From an uncultured Acidobacteriia bacterium (lineage in GTDB: Bacteria > Acidobacteriota > Terriglobia > Bryobacterales > Bryobacteraceae), in NCBI GenBank assembly GCA_903851195.1, contig CAINNJ010000027.1:38744-102743 (forward strand): a stretch of 64,000 nucleotides of DNA, given 5' to 3'. This document shows, one piece after another, positions 19,471 to 28,128 of this stretch. Position numbers and translations under genes: made by a program. Numbering within the stretch: position 1 is the first letter of the stretch; each line of letters begins with the position of its first letter. Below the pieces are notes generated by a model. That model was given only the letters and a program-made list of their open reading frames with translations, was not told the DNA's origin and searched no databases.

Positions 19471-20331
19471 ATGAACAGCGCGGAAATCTCCAGAAAAATC
19501 GCGGATCACCTGCGGGCGGCGCTCGCGGTTGCCCTGAGCAGCATGACGGGCAAAGAGTTCACGGTGGAGGCCGATCCGGGGCGGCATCCTGTCGAACTCG
19601 AAGAGCCGATCGTCTGGCAGCAGAGTTTCTCCTTCGGTCCGGACCCTGCGCTTTGGATCGTCGCGGGTAAAGAACTGTGGTCGGCTGCGGGGCAGTTGAC
19701 CCTGGAAGCGCTGGGGATCGACACGCTGACCGACGAGGACTGCCGTTCCACGTGGCAGGAAATTCTCAGCCAGACCATAGGCGGTTTCGCCACTGCGTTG
19801 ACCGGTGACGTGGAAAAGGAGGTCACCGTTTCGAAGGGAGAAGAGCGGGCGGCCGAACCGGAGGGCGTGGAATGGGTTGTGTTTTCCGCCCGGTACCAGA
19901 ACGTGGCCGATGAGCGGGGCGCGGGCGGCTGGCGCCTGAAAGCCGCATGGCAGCCGGCTTTAGCAGCCCAATACGACAGGCCCGAGCCGGAAGCGAAGGC
20001 GGCCTCTCCAGTGGGGAGCACGTTTTCGAAGACCTTCGACCTGCTGCTCGACGTAGCGCTTCCGGTCAGTGTGTCTTTCGGCAAAACGTCGCTGCAAATC
20101 CGCGAAGTGTTGAAACTGAACACGGGTTCCATCGTGGAACTGAACCGGCTGGTGGCAGAGCCGGTAGACGTGATCGTGAACGATTGCATCATCGCGCGCG
20201 GAGAGGTGGTGGTGGTGGACGGCAACTACGGCGTTCGGGTGACGCAGTTGGCAAGTCGTGAAGACCGGCTGCGATCGGGAATTTCCGAGACGTCCGCGAG
20301 AGTCGCCGTGGCCGCGGCGGGCACGGTGTAG
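19471..20331 (+). CDS. FliN/FliY-like switch protein: N-terminal CheC-like-length domain plus C-terminal SpoA domain
   Basis: 286 aa. C-terminus ..LLLDVALPVSVSFGKTSLQIREVLKLNTGSIVELNRLVAEPVDVIVNDCIIARGEVVVVDGNYGVRVTQL is a SpoA/FliN domain. I could not find the D/S-x3-E-x2-N-x22-P phosphatase motif in the N-terminus. Confidence 0.7.
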   Translation: MNSAEISRKIADHLRAALAVALSSMTGKEFTVEADPGRHPVELEEPIVWQQSFSFGPDPALWIVAGKELWSAAGQLTLEALGIDTLTDEDCRSTWQEILSQTIGGFATALTGDVEKEVTVSKGEERAAEPEGVEWVVFSARYQNVADERGAGGWRLKAAWQPALAAQYDRPEPEAKAASPVGSTFSKTFDLLLDVALPVSVSFGKTSLQIREVLKLNTGSIVELNRLVAEPVDVIVNDCIIARGEVVVVDGNYGVRVTQLASREDRLRSGISETSARVAVAAAGTV

Positions 20332-20333
20332 CG

Positions 20334-20708
20334 ATGACCTACGTTGTTGTCCTGATTACCGCGGTCAGTCTTCCCGGCTTCTGTGTCGCATTGTGGGCTG
20401 TCGCGTGTGGTCACCGGCGGCATTTCGATCTGGAACTGGCGCGTCTGCGGGAGGCACTGGTCAAGACGCAGACGAGTTGCGCGGAAACACTGGCGGGGAT
20501 GGAACGTCAGCTGGAGATGCTGGAAGCAGGGAGGCAGTCGGCCGACGAACTCCTGCGCGACGGGCGGCTCAGCCAGTCCCGCCGGGCACAGGCGTTGCAA
20601 CTGATGCGATCCGGGATTGCCCCGGAGACAGCAGCTGTGACGTTGGGCATGGCCGTTCGCGAGGTGCGCTTGCTGGCGAAAGTCTCCCGAGTGCTCAGTT
20701 CCTCGTAA
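20334..20708 (+). CDS. hypothetical membrane-anchored coiled-coil protein (possibly DUF2802-like flagellar-cluster protein)
   Basis: 124 aa: N-terminal TM, coiled coil, C-terminal HTH-like ..LMRSGIAPETAAVTLGMAVREVRLLAKV. Family assignment is from memory of the pattern only. Confidence 0.4.
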   Translation: MTYVVVLITAVSLPGFCVALWAVACGHRRHFDLELARLREALVKTQTSCAETLAGMERQLEMLEAGRQSADELLRDGRLSQSRRAQALQLMRSGIAPETAAVTLGMAVREVRLLAKVSRVLSSS

Positions 20709-20720
20709 TTGCGCGATCGG

Positions 20721-22070
20721 CTAAGCAACCATGCGGGGCGCCCGGGCGCCCAGAACCTTCATTTTGGCTGCCAGGGTGGTTCGCTTCAACCCCAGCAGGT
20801 CCGCGGCGGCGCTCTTGTTTCCGCGTGCCCGGGTCAGGGCCTGCGCGAGGAGGTTCTTCTCGAACTCCTCGAGGGCGAGTTGATAGTTGATTCCGTGCGC
20901 CGGCAGTTCGGGGCCAGCCTCCGACCTTGCCGGCTTCGGAGGCGGCGCGGTCTGGGTAAGACGAAGATCGGACGGAAAAATCGTAGCGCGCATACCGCTG
21001 ATAATGACGGCGGATTCCATGGTATTTTCGAGTTCGCGAACGTTGCCGGGCCAGTTGTGCGCGCGAAGCCGGTCTACGGCAAACCGGTCGAGCGTCTTGC
21101 GGGGGAAACGCTCCTGGGCGCAGAAGCGATCGACGAAATGCTGCGCGAGCGCGGGAATATCCTCGCTGCGCGCGCGCAAGGGCGGCAGCGACAGGCGGAA
21201 AACATTCAGCCGATAAAAGAGATCTTCCCGGAACAGTCCTTCCTGCACGCGCTGCGCGAGGTTGGCGTTGGTGGCCGCGATCACCCGCACATCCAGCCGG
21301 ATGCGTTCGTTCCCGCCAAGCCGCTCGATCTCACGCTCCTGCAGTACCCGCAATAGCTTGGCCTGGGTCGCCAGAGGCATGTCGCCAATTTCATCCAGGA
21401 AGATGGTGCCGCGGCCCGCGGCCTCGAATTTTCCGGCCCGCGACTGAATGGCTCCCGTGAAGGCTCCCCGAACGTGGCCGAACAGTTCGGCTTCGAGCAG
21501 GGTCTCCGGAATTGCGCTGCAGTTCACGGCCACCCAGGGCTCACGGCTGCGATCACCAGCCTCGTGGATCCGACGTCCCACCACTTCCTTGCCCGTGCCG
21601 GTTTCTCCCTCGATCAGGACATTACATCGGCGGTTGGCGACCAACCGGACGTCCGCTTCGACACTCCGGATGGCGGGGCTGTTTCCAAGAATTGACATCC
21701 TGCTCTCCGGTCGCGCTGGTCCATCATCATCAAGGGAACGGAGTCTGTCGCGGATCTCCTCGGGACCGGCGGCTACGTGGGAGGCGCCACTCTTCATCCA
21801 GCGGACGGCCGCTCCTACCGTCGCATGGACGTCCAGTACCCAGACCGGAAGCGCATCCCGGAATTTCTCGAGCAGGGCAAAACCCAATTCCGTGCCGATA
21901 CCCCCCGCCCGCGAACCCGGTTCAGCTCCGACCTCGACGATCAGCACCGCCGAGTCGTGCAGCATCTCTCTGGCCGGAGTCCCGTCGCAATGCCGTATTG
22001 TCACCTCGCTCCAGCCGAGAGCGGCGGCGAGCGGCGCGGAATTCGGCGCGGCAATCCAGGTTACTTGCAT
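20721..22070 (-). CDS. sigma-54-dependent transcriptional activator with degenerate N-terminal receiver (FleQ/FlrA-like)
   Basis: AAA+ core GETGTGKEVV, GAFTGA loop (GHVRGAFTGA), C-terminal Fis-type HTH (..GNKSAAADLLGLKRTTL..). ORF extends to 22232; start at the MQVTWIAAP ATG (22070) is preferred. Confidence 0.85.
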   Translation of the reverse strand: MQVTWIAAPNSAPLAAALGWSEVTIRHCDGTPAREMLHDSAVLIVEVGAEPGSRAGGIGTELGFALLEKFRDALPVWVLDVHATVGAAVRWMKSGASHVAAGPEEIRDRLRSLDDDGPARPESRMSILGNSPAIRSVEADVRLVANRRCNVLIEGETGTGKEVVGRRIHEAGDRSREPWVAVNCSAIPETLLEAELFGHVRGAFTGAIQSRAGKFEAAGRGTIFLDEIGDMPLATQAKLLRVLQEREIERLGGNERIRLDVRVIAATNANLAQRVQEGLFREDLFYRLNVFRLSLPPLRARSEDIPALAQHFVDRFCAQERFPRKTLDRFAVDRLRAHNWPGNVRELENTMESAVIISGMRATIFPSDLRLTQTAPPPKPARSEAGPELPAHGINYQLALEEFEKNLLAQALTRARGNKSAAADLLGLKRTTLAAKMKVLGARAPRMVA

Positions 22071-22165
22071 GTCCTGAACATATATCGACGGAAGCCGGAA
22101 AACCTTTAGGGCGGCCTTTGAAAAAAATAGAGCGGCGGCGTTCGAAAAAAATTGTGGACATCCTC

Positions 22166-22193
22166 TACAGGCCTGTTGCTGAAACGCCGATAG
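22166..22193 (+). promoter_or_regulatory. weak candidate sigma-28 promoter for cheX (TACA-N16-GCCGATAG)
   Basis: GCCGATAG at 22186-22193, about 40 nt upstream of the cheX start. The -35 match is poor. Confidence 0.3.
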
Positions 22194-22234
22194 ACCAATG
22201 AACGCGCCGGGCCGCCCGTCAGGAGATGTCAACT

Positions 22235-22813
22235 ATGGTCTGCAAAGACCGTCGAGAGTTCATACAGCAGGGGATGATGCAGCAGGGGATGATACAGCAG
22301 GATGTGCTGGTTCGGAGCGTGACTGCGGCAACCGCCGATGTCTTCTCGATGATGCTCGACATGCAGGTGGAACTCACTGGATTTGCCGCCGACTCAAAGC
22401 CCGCGGGCAACGGCCTGATTTCCCTTGTGGGAATTACCGGCAACTGGGGCGGCTCCGGCGTGTTCTGCTGCACTCCCGCTCTGGCCATGATCATTTGCGA
22501 CCGGCTGTTGGGCGGCGACAGGAGGACAGCGATTGACGAAGAGGTCCTCGACGTCGAGGCGGAGGTCACGAACATGATGATCGGCAATATCAAGAACGCC
22601 CTGGAGTCCGTCACCGGACCGCTCGCCATCAGCGTTCCTGCCGTCATTCATGGCCGGAATTTTCAGTTTCGAAGCGCCTCCGGATTGACGGGCACGGCTC
22701 TTGCGTTCGGCACCGAGGGCGAGCCGTTCGAAGTGCGCGTTGAACTGGCTCGCGCATCACAACAGGTTGCGGCTCGCTGCAGAATACCCGTTCCGGGACT
22801 CGCCCACGTATAA
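22235..22813 (+). CDS. cheX: CheY-P phosphatase CheX
   Basis: ORF 22226..22813. ATG at 22235 lies 9 nt after AGGAG. The CheC/CheX catalytic motif D-x3-E-x2-N is present (DVEAEVTN), followed by MMIGNIKNAL. Confidence 0.8.
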   Translation: MVCKDRREFIQQGMMQQGMIQQDVLVRSVTAATADVFSMMLDMQVELTGFAADSKPAGNGLISLVGITGNWGGSGVFCCTPALAMIICDRLLGGDRRTAIDEEVLDVEAEVTNMMIGNIKNALESVTGPLAISVPAVIHGRNFQFRSASGLTGTALAFGTEGEPFEVRVELARASQQVAARCRIPVPGLAHV

Positions 22814-22846
22814 ACGACTACCGGATACAAACACGGGTGTTCCGTT

Positions 22847-22875
22847 TTGAACGTCTCGATCGAACGTCAAAAAAT
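22847..22875 (+). promoter_or_regulatory. candidate sigma-70-type promoter upstream of the second sigma factor/flgM operon (TTGAAC-N17-AAAAAT)
   Basis: Hexamers at 22847-22852 and 22870-22875. The spacer holds a direct repeat, GAACGTC at 22849-55 and at 22862-68. Confidence 0.3.
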
Positions 22876-22941
22876 GATCGTCAACTTAGCTGAGAAAAAA
22901 CGGGACGAGGGCCACTTCATAAGCGTCGGACAACGGACTTC

Positions 22942-23706
22942 ATGGTAAACGCGGCTTCAGAAACCATTAAACGCAGTCTGCTCCGGATGGTCGGCAGCCT
23001 GCAGACGGAGTTCCGGCTAGCCGGTCACGGGGCGGAAACGGAACGCGCGGCCGATTCCGGCGCGGGTGAAGGAACTCAACCCCAGTGCACAGGATTACCG
23101 GAGAACCACGCCCTTCCGGCAAGCGATGCGGGGGCCAGCGCCGACGGGGCCGAGTCGCCGGAGGACCTCAATCGCATTGTTCGCTGTCTCGCGGGAAGGT
23201 TGCATGCGAGGCTCCCGCAGGGATGCGGTATCGAAGTGGCGGACCTGATTCAGGCCGGCAATGTCGGCCTGCTGAAAGCCTCGCAGAGTTTCGAGGCTTC
23301 CCATGGAGCGCCTCTTGTGGGATACGCGAAGTTTCGCATTCGCGGCGAAATGCTGGATCTGGTCCGCCGAAGTGCCGGGCGGGAGCGCCCGGCAGCCGGT
23401 CCTCCGAAAACCGATTCTCCGGGGGCCGATCCGGAAGATCTGGTTCCGGCGTCCCCCGACAGTTCTCCGCAGAACTCCGTGCTGAGACAACAGAGGGCGG
23501 CAATCATTCGGGCGGAACTGCAGCGGCTGTCGGCACGCGACCGCGCCGTGATTCGTCTGCGTTATTCCCGCGAGATGACGCTTCGCGAGATCGGAGCGGA
23601 ACTGCAAGTTAACGAAAGCCGCGCGTGTCAGCTTCACCAGAGCGCTCTCGGCAGGCTGAAGCGCGCGTTGTGGCGCCGCGGAGTACGGCATTTTTCGCAT
23701 CTTTGA
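22942..23706 (+). CDS. FliA-like sigma-70-family factor lacking a recognisable region 3
   Basis: 254 aa. Region 2 (ADLIQAGNVGLLKASQSFE..YAKFRIRGEMLDLVRR) aligns with FliA at 18703. Region 4 is LSARDRAVIRLRYSREMTLREIGAELQVNESRACQLHQ. A Pro/Ser-rich linker takes the place of region 3. Confidence 0.8.
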   Translation: MVNAASETIKRSLLRMVGSLQTEFRLAGHGAETERAADSGAGEGTQPQCTGLPENHALPASDAGASADGAESPEDLNRIVRCLAGRLHARLPQGCGIEVADLIQAGNVGLLKASQSFEASHGAPLVGYAKFRIRGEMLDLVRRSAGRERPAAGPPKTDSPGADPEDLVPASPDSSPQNSVLRQQRAAIIRAELQRLSARDRAVIRLRYSREMTLREIGAELQVNESRACQLHQSALGRLKRALWRRGVRHFSHL

Positions 23707-23728
23707 AGGAGGAGGAACCCGGGACACC

Positions 23729-24007
23729 ATGAGGCTACAACTCGATTCCCCGAACCTGACCTCGACACTGACGACGGCGGAGACGATTGCGCTAAACTCT
23801 GCCCGATCTTCGGCGGGATCCCGCGCCTCCGCGGAGTTCGGGGCCGGCGACAGCATCGGACTTTCCGGACCTTCGGCCGCTCTGGGCCGGTTGACGGAAG
23901 AACGAACCGTCCGGATCGGGCAACTCACCGCAGCCGTGCGGGCCGGCACGTACCGGGTGCCCGCGGCCGCCGTCAGCGCGGCGATTGTCGCCCAGGCGGG
24001 AGCCTGA
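23729..24007 (+). CDS. flgM: anti-sigma-28 factor FlgM
   Basis: 92 aa; C-terminal ..RTVRIGQLTAAVRAGTYRVPAAAVSAAIV matches the FlgM sigma-binding helix pattern. Lies upstream of flgK. Confidence 0.75.
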   Translation: MRLQLDSPNLTSTLTTAETIALNSARSSAGSRASAEFGAGDSIGLSGPSAALGRLTEERTVRIGQLTAAVRAGTYRVPAAAVSAAIVAQAGA

Positions 24008-24011
24008 AACG

Positions 24012-25397
24012 ATGTCGCTGCTGGCCACACTCTCGTCCGCTTCGAATGCGCTGCAGGTATTCACCGCGGCTCTCGGTGCCGACCAAACCAATGTTTCGAA
24101 CGCCTCCACTCCCGGCTTTGCCGCGATTCGGGCGGCAATCACCCCCATCGGCCAGTCGTTGGCCGGAACCGCAAGCCCGGACGTCGTCGAATTCCAGTCG
24201 GCCGCAAGTCCGCACGCCGACGCCCTGGTGCAGTCGGCATCCTCGCAATCTTCCTACAGCCAGACAACCGCGGATCGTCTGGGGCCGGTCAACCAGCTGT
24301 TCGACATCACGGGAACCAGCGGTATTCTCGCGGCTCTGCAGCGCTTCGGCACGGCATTCTCCGCCGTCACCGTGAGTCCCAACGACGCCACGCTCCGTTC
24401 CGCTGCGCTGGCGTCGGCGGGCAATGTCGCCACCGCGTTTCGCAGCGTGGCGAACAGCCTCGACGCCCAAAAACAGGACGTGGACACGGGAATTCAGACC
24501 ACGATTTCCACGATCAATCAGCTCTCGGAAAAGATCCGTCAGTTCAACGTCGCGGCACGCGGCGAGCCGCAAATCGATCCCGGAACCGACGCCGGCCGGC
24601 GCTCGGCGCTCGAGCAATTGTCCGCGCTGACGGATATCACGGTCCGGAACAACGCGGACGGCACCGTGTCCGTGGTGACCGGCGGGCAACAGCCACTCGT
24701 GGCGGGCGATCAGGCCTATACGCTTTCCGCAGATCCTTCGGCGGCTCCTGGTCAGCAGGTCAAGTCCTCGGGCGGCGGCAGTTCTCCTGCCGCTTATTCC
24801 GGACAACTGAGCGCGCTCCTGGACATTCGCAACGGCACGCTCCGGACCCTGTCGGGAGGCGGAGGCGCCAGCGGTCTGGTCAACGATCTGGCCAAAGGTT
24901 TCGCGGCCCGTGTCAACACCTTGCTGGGCAGTGGCGTCACGGCCGACGGCACGCAGGGTGTTCCCGTCTTCACCTACGACACCACGAACGACAGCAACGT
25001 CGCGAGAACGCTGGCAATCGATCCCGCCGTAACCGGAGATCAGCTGGCGCTCGGCACGGCGGGCCCGCCGCCCCAATCCAATGGCACAGCGGTTGCGCTT
25101 GCGGCATTGCCTTCGTCCCGGCAGCCTGCGGATCAGATCACCGGCTCGTCGCCGGTAGACCTGTTTTCATCCATCGCGGCCGGGGTCGGCCAGCAGTTGT
25201 CGGACGCGGGAACCCAGGCGGCGACGGATGCGACAGCACTGACGTCGGCCCAGACAAGCCGGCAACAGGTGTCCGGCGTCTCGCTCGATCAGGAGGCCGT
25301 TGCCATTACGGCGTACCAGCGTGCCTACGAGGCGTCCGCAAAACTGGTTTCGATTCTCGATCAACTGACCGGCGATGAGGTGAATCTGATCAAATGA
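24012..25397 (+). CDS. flgK: flagellar hook-associated protein 1 FlgK
   Basis: ORF 23985..25397; start taken at MSLLATLSSASNALQVF. C-terminal SGVSLDQEAVAITAYQRAYEASAKLVS. Confidence 0.92.
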   Translation: MSLLATLSSASNALQVFTAALGADQTNVSNASTPGFAAIRAAITPIGQSLAGTASPDVVEFQSAASPHADALVQSASSQSSYSQTTADRLGPVNQLFDITGTSGILAALQRFGTAFSAVTVSPNDATLRSAALASAGNVATAFRSVANSLDAQKQDVDTGIQTTISTINQLSEKIRQFNVAARGEPQIDPGTDAGRRSALEQLSALTDITVRNNADGTVSVVTGGQQPLVAGDQAYTLSADPSAAPGQQVKSSGGGSSPAAYSGQLSALLDIRNGTLRTLSGGGGASGLVNDLAKGFAARVNTLLGSGVTADGTQGVPVFTYDTTNDSNVARTLAIDPAVTGDQLALGTAGPPPQSNGTAVALAALPSSRQPADQITGSSPVDLFSSIAAGVGQQLSDAGTQAATDATALTSAQTSRQQVSGVSLDQEAVAITAYQRAYEASAKLVSILDQLTGDEVNLIK

Positions 25398-26317
25398 GCA
25401 TCAATTCATCTTCGATCGGCGCCAGCTGGTTTCTCGACGGCATCTCACAATTGCAGAAGGCCGAAGTTCGCACTCAGCGCCAGATTTCCTCGGGCTACCG
25501 GATTCAGGACGCGTCCGATTCTCCGACGGCCACGCCGGAACTGATCGGGCTCGGGTCGTCTCTCGCCGCCAGTCAGGCGTACCAGAGCAATCTCGACCGT
25601 GTGCAGGCCGAAACTACCGCCGCGGATACCGCGCTCTCCTCCGGGATCAGTCTGATCGAAAGCGCGCGGACACTTGCCCTCCAGGGCGCCTCCTCGACGG
25701 CGACCGCCACGGACCGCCAAAACCTCGCCGGACAGGTGCAAAGTATCCAGCAGCAACTCATTGCCCTCGCCAATACCACCACCGAGGGCCGTTACATCTT
25801 CGGAGGCGACCAGGACCTTTCGCCGCCGTATCAGGCCAATGCCGCCGCGCCCTCGGGTGTCACGAAGCTCACCGCTCAGACCACCACGCGCGTGATCACA
25901 GATCCGTCTGGCCAGGCGGTGTATCAGTCGGCCAGCGCCAGTACCATTTTCGACCATTCCGATGCCGTCGGTGTTGCCCGGCCGGATAACGCTTTTGTTG
26001 CCGTGCAGTCCCTGGTGACGGCTCTGCAGAACAACGACGCGTCGGGCACCGCCGCTGCCCTTACGTCCCTGGAAAGCGCCTCCTCCTGGCTCAACCAGCA
26101 ACAGGCCACTTACGGGGTTGCCGGCAGCCGGATTGCAACCGAACAGACCGAAATCGCCAGCGGGATCACCAGTCTGCAGACCCGCATTTCCGCTATCCGC
26201 GATACCGACCTCGTGCAGGCCGCCACGGACCTTGCACAGGAAAACACCGCGCAGTCCGCCGCGTTCGCCGCGCAGGCGCAGATTCCCCGAAAGAGCCTTT
26301 TCGATTATCTTGGCTGA
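25394..26317 (+). CDS. flgL: flagellar hook-associated protein 3 FlgL
   Basis: 307 aa with flagellin-like N and C termini (..ISSGYRIQDASDSP.., ..IRDTDLVQAATDLAQENTAQSAAFAAQAQI). Confidence 0.9.
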   Translation: MSINSSSIGASWFLDGISQLQKAEVRTQRQISSGYRIQDASDSPTATPELIGLGSSLAASQAYQSNLDRVQAETTAADTALSSGISLIESARTLALQGASSTATATDRQNLAGQVQSIQQQLIALANTTTEGRYIFGGDQDLSPPYQANAAAPSGVTKLTAQTTTRVITDPSGQAVYQSASASTIFDHSDAVGVARPDNAFVAVQSLVTALQNNDASGTAAALTSLESASSWLNQQQATYGVAGSRIATEQTEIASGITSLQTRISAIRDTDLVQAATDLAQENTAQSAAFAAQAQIPRKSLFDYLG

Positions 26318-26332
26318 CGAAAGGAAGAGCAG

Positions 26333-27301
26333 GTGATGACCAGACAACTCAGCCAGGAAGAAATCGATGCCGTATTCCAGAACATTCAGGGGAGGCAGGC
26401 GGAGCGGGCGGGATCGAAGCGTGCCGCGCTGTTCGATTTTCGGCGGCCGGACCGGATCGCGAAATCGCAGCTCCGCGCCATTCACCAGCTGCACGATAAC
26501 TTCGTGCGCAACCTGGTCTCCAGCCTTTCCGCCTATCTCCGCTCCTACCTGATCGTGAATCTGGTCAGCGTGGAACAGCTCTCCTACTCGGAATTTCTGG
26601 AGTGTCTGCCGTCTCCCACCTGCATCGCCTCACTCAGCCTGAAGCCATACGACGGCAACGCCGTGCTCGAACTGAATTCCTCGCTGATTTTTCCGATCCT
26701 CGAAATCCTGCTGGGCGGGGACGGCAAGCTGCAATTCAGCGCGCAGCGGGAAATTACGGAGATCGAGCAGGTTCTGCTGGACGGTTTGTTCCGGCTGATC
26801 CTGCGCGACTTGCGCGAGGCCTGGAAATTCGTCACGCAGATCGATTTTGCGATTGACACCGTGGAAACCGAGCCGCAGTTCCTCCAGATACTCGCACCCA
26901 CGGAGGCTGTCGTGGCCGTAGCCATTGAGATCCGCATCGGAGACTCGATCGGCATGATGAACATTGCCATGCCCTCGATCATCATCAAAATGATGCGGCA
27001 GAAATTCGACCAACAGTGGTCGCTCCGCAAGAGCGCTTCGACGGATGTCGAACAATCGCGCGTGCTCGAACTGATCCGATCCTCGTTGCTGCAGTCGGAG
27101 GTTCTGCTGGCGGGCCCGACACTCCTGCTCCGCGACCTGATGAACCTCGAACAGGGCGATATTCTCAGCTTCGAAGTGCCGGTCGGCCGGCCCGTCGAGA
27201 TGATTCTGAACGGACGGAAGAAATACCGCGGAGAAATGGTCGCATCCGGCCGTCGGGCCGCCTTCCGGGTGCTTGATCCGTTCCAGGACCGGCTGCCGTG
27301 A
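26333..27301 (+). CDS. fliM: flagellar motor switch protein FliM
   Basis: 322 aa; N-terminal LSQEEIDAVF CheY-P-binding-type motif, middle CheC-like domain, C-terminal SpoA-like domain. Confidence 0.93.
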   Translation: MMTRQLSQEEIDAVFQNIQGRQAERAGSKRAALFDFRRPDRIAKSQLRAIHQLHDNFVRNLVSSLSAYLRSYLIVNLVSVEQLSYSEFLECLPSPTCIASLSLKPYDGNAVLELNSSLIFPILEILLGGDGKLQFSAQREITEIEQVLLDGLFRLILRDLREAWKFVTQIDFAIDTVETEPQFLQILAPTEAVVAVAIEIRIGDSIGMMNIAMPSIIIKMMRQKFDQQWSLRKSASTDVEQSRVLELIRSSLLQSEVLLAGPTLLLRDLMNLEQGDILSFEVPVGRPVEMILNGRKKYRGEMVASGRRAAFRVLDPFQDRLP

Positions 27302-27338
27302 CGAGGGCGAGGGTAGTTGCAGCAGGAGAAGGGGAAGC

Positions 27339-27806
27339 ATGGCAGTCAGCGAGATAATCCGGTCTCCGCATCTTGGGAATATCGAATGGAGTCCCGGCTG
27401 TGAGCTCTATCTGCCCATGGGGCTGCCCGGTTTCGAAGACGAACGGCGCATGATTCCGGTCGAAGTGCCGGCGCAGCGGCCGCTGGTGTTTCTGCAAAGT
27501 CTGGAGACGGTCGGGACGTGCTTTGTATCCCTGCCCGTGCGAGCTATCTTCCCTGGGTTTCAGTTGCGGCTGTCCGAGGAAGACCGGCTCACGCTGCTGT
27601 TCGATCCGGAGCGGGAACTGGCGATCGGCGCCGACGTGCTGTGTCTTGCCCTGCTGGTTCCGCTGGAGAACACGGTGCAGGCGAATGTGGACGCCCCTGT
27701 GGTTATCAATCTGCACAACCGGCGTTGTCTCCAGTCCCTTCCCGAAGAACGGGTTGACGGCTATTACCGGCTCGCAGAGGGCGGCATTTGGGAGCCGGTA
27801 TGTTAG
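27339..27806 (+). CDS. fliW: flagellar assembly factor FliW
   Basis: ORF 27273..27806. ATG at 27339 is preceded by AGGAGAAGGGG. LPMGLPGFEDERRMIPVEV..PLVFLQS pattern of FliW. Confidence 0.88.
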   Translation: MAVSEIIRSPHLGNIEWSPGCELYLPMGLPGFEDERRMIPVEVPAQRPLVFLQSLETVGTCFVSLPVRAIFPGFQLRLSEEDRLTLLFDPERELAIGADVLCLALLVPLENTVQANVDAPVVINLHNRRCLQSLPEERVDGYYRLAEGGIWEPVC

Positions 27807-28081
27807 TACTCCGCAGGCGGGCCGGCGAGGCGATTGTGCTCGGGGGAGACATTGAGATCGAGGTCATGGAGATTTCGCGGACGCGTGTGAAGCTTGGTGT
27901 TCGCGCTCCCCGGGACGTGAGCGTGACCCGAAAAGAAGTCGTGGCTCTCGCGGCCGAAAACCGGAAAGCCTCGGACCTTCTTCCGAACCGGGGTCCGCAG
28001 GGCGTGGGCGAACTGCTCCGTCTGCTTCGAAACAATCCCGGGGAAAAATCTAAAACTCTGGCTCACGCCGCCGATAAGTAA
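27800..28081 (+). CDS. csrA: carbon storage regulator CsrA (flagellar type, long C-terminal tail)
   Basis: MLVLRRRAGEAIVLGGDIEIEVMEISRTRVKLGVRAPRDVSVTRKEV core, 93 aa in total. Overlaps the fliW stop by 7 nt. Confidence 0.92.
   Translation: MLVLRRRAGEAIVLGGDIEIEVMEISRTRVKLGVRAPRDVSVTRKEVVALAAENRKASDLLPNRGPQGVGELLRLLRNNPGEKSKTLAHAADK
28051..28077 (+). promoter_or_regulatory. sigma-28 (FliA) promoter of the flagellin gene
   Basis: Exact consensus TAAA (28051-54)-N15-GCCGATAA (28070-77), about 90 nt upstream of the fliC ATG and inside the last codons of csrA. Confidence 0.8.
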
Positions 28082-28128
28082 CTCAGAACGATACGGTCGG
28101 CATGGCGAATGACTCGCGAGAACCGGCG

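Noticed and set aside
22265-22301. 15-nt tandem duplication CAGCAGGGGATGAT(G/A) encoding QQGMMQQGMIQQ at the cheX N-terminus.
   Set aside because: A short low-complexity duplication in a poorly conserved N-terminal extension. It may even lie upstream of the true start. No functional inference is possible.
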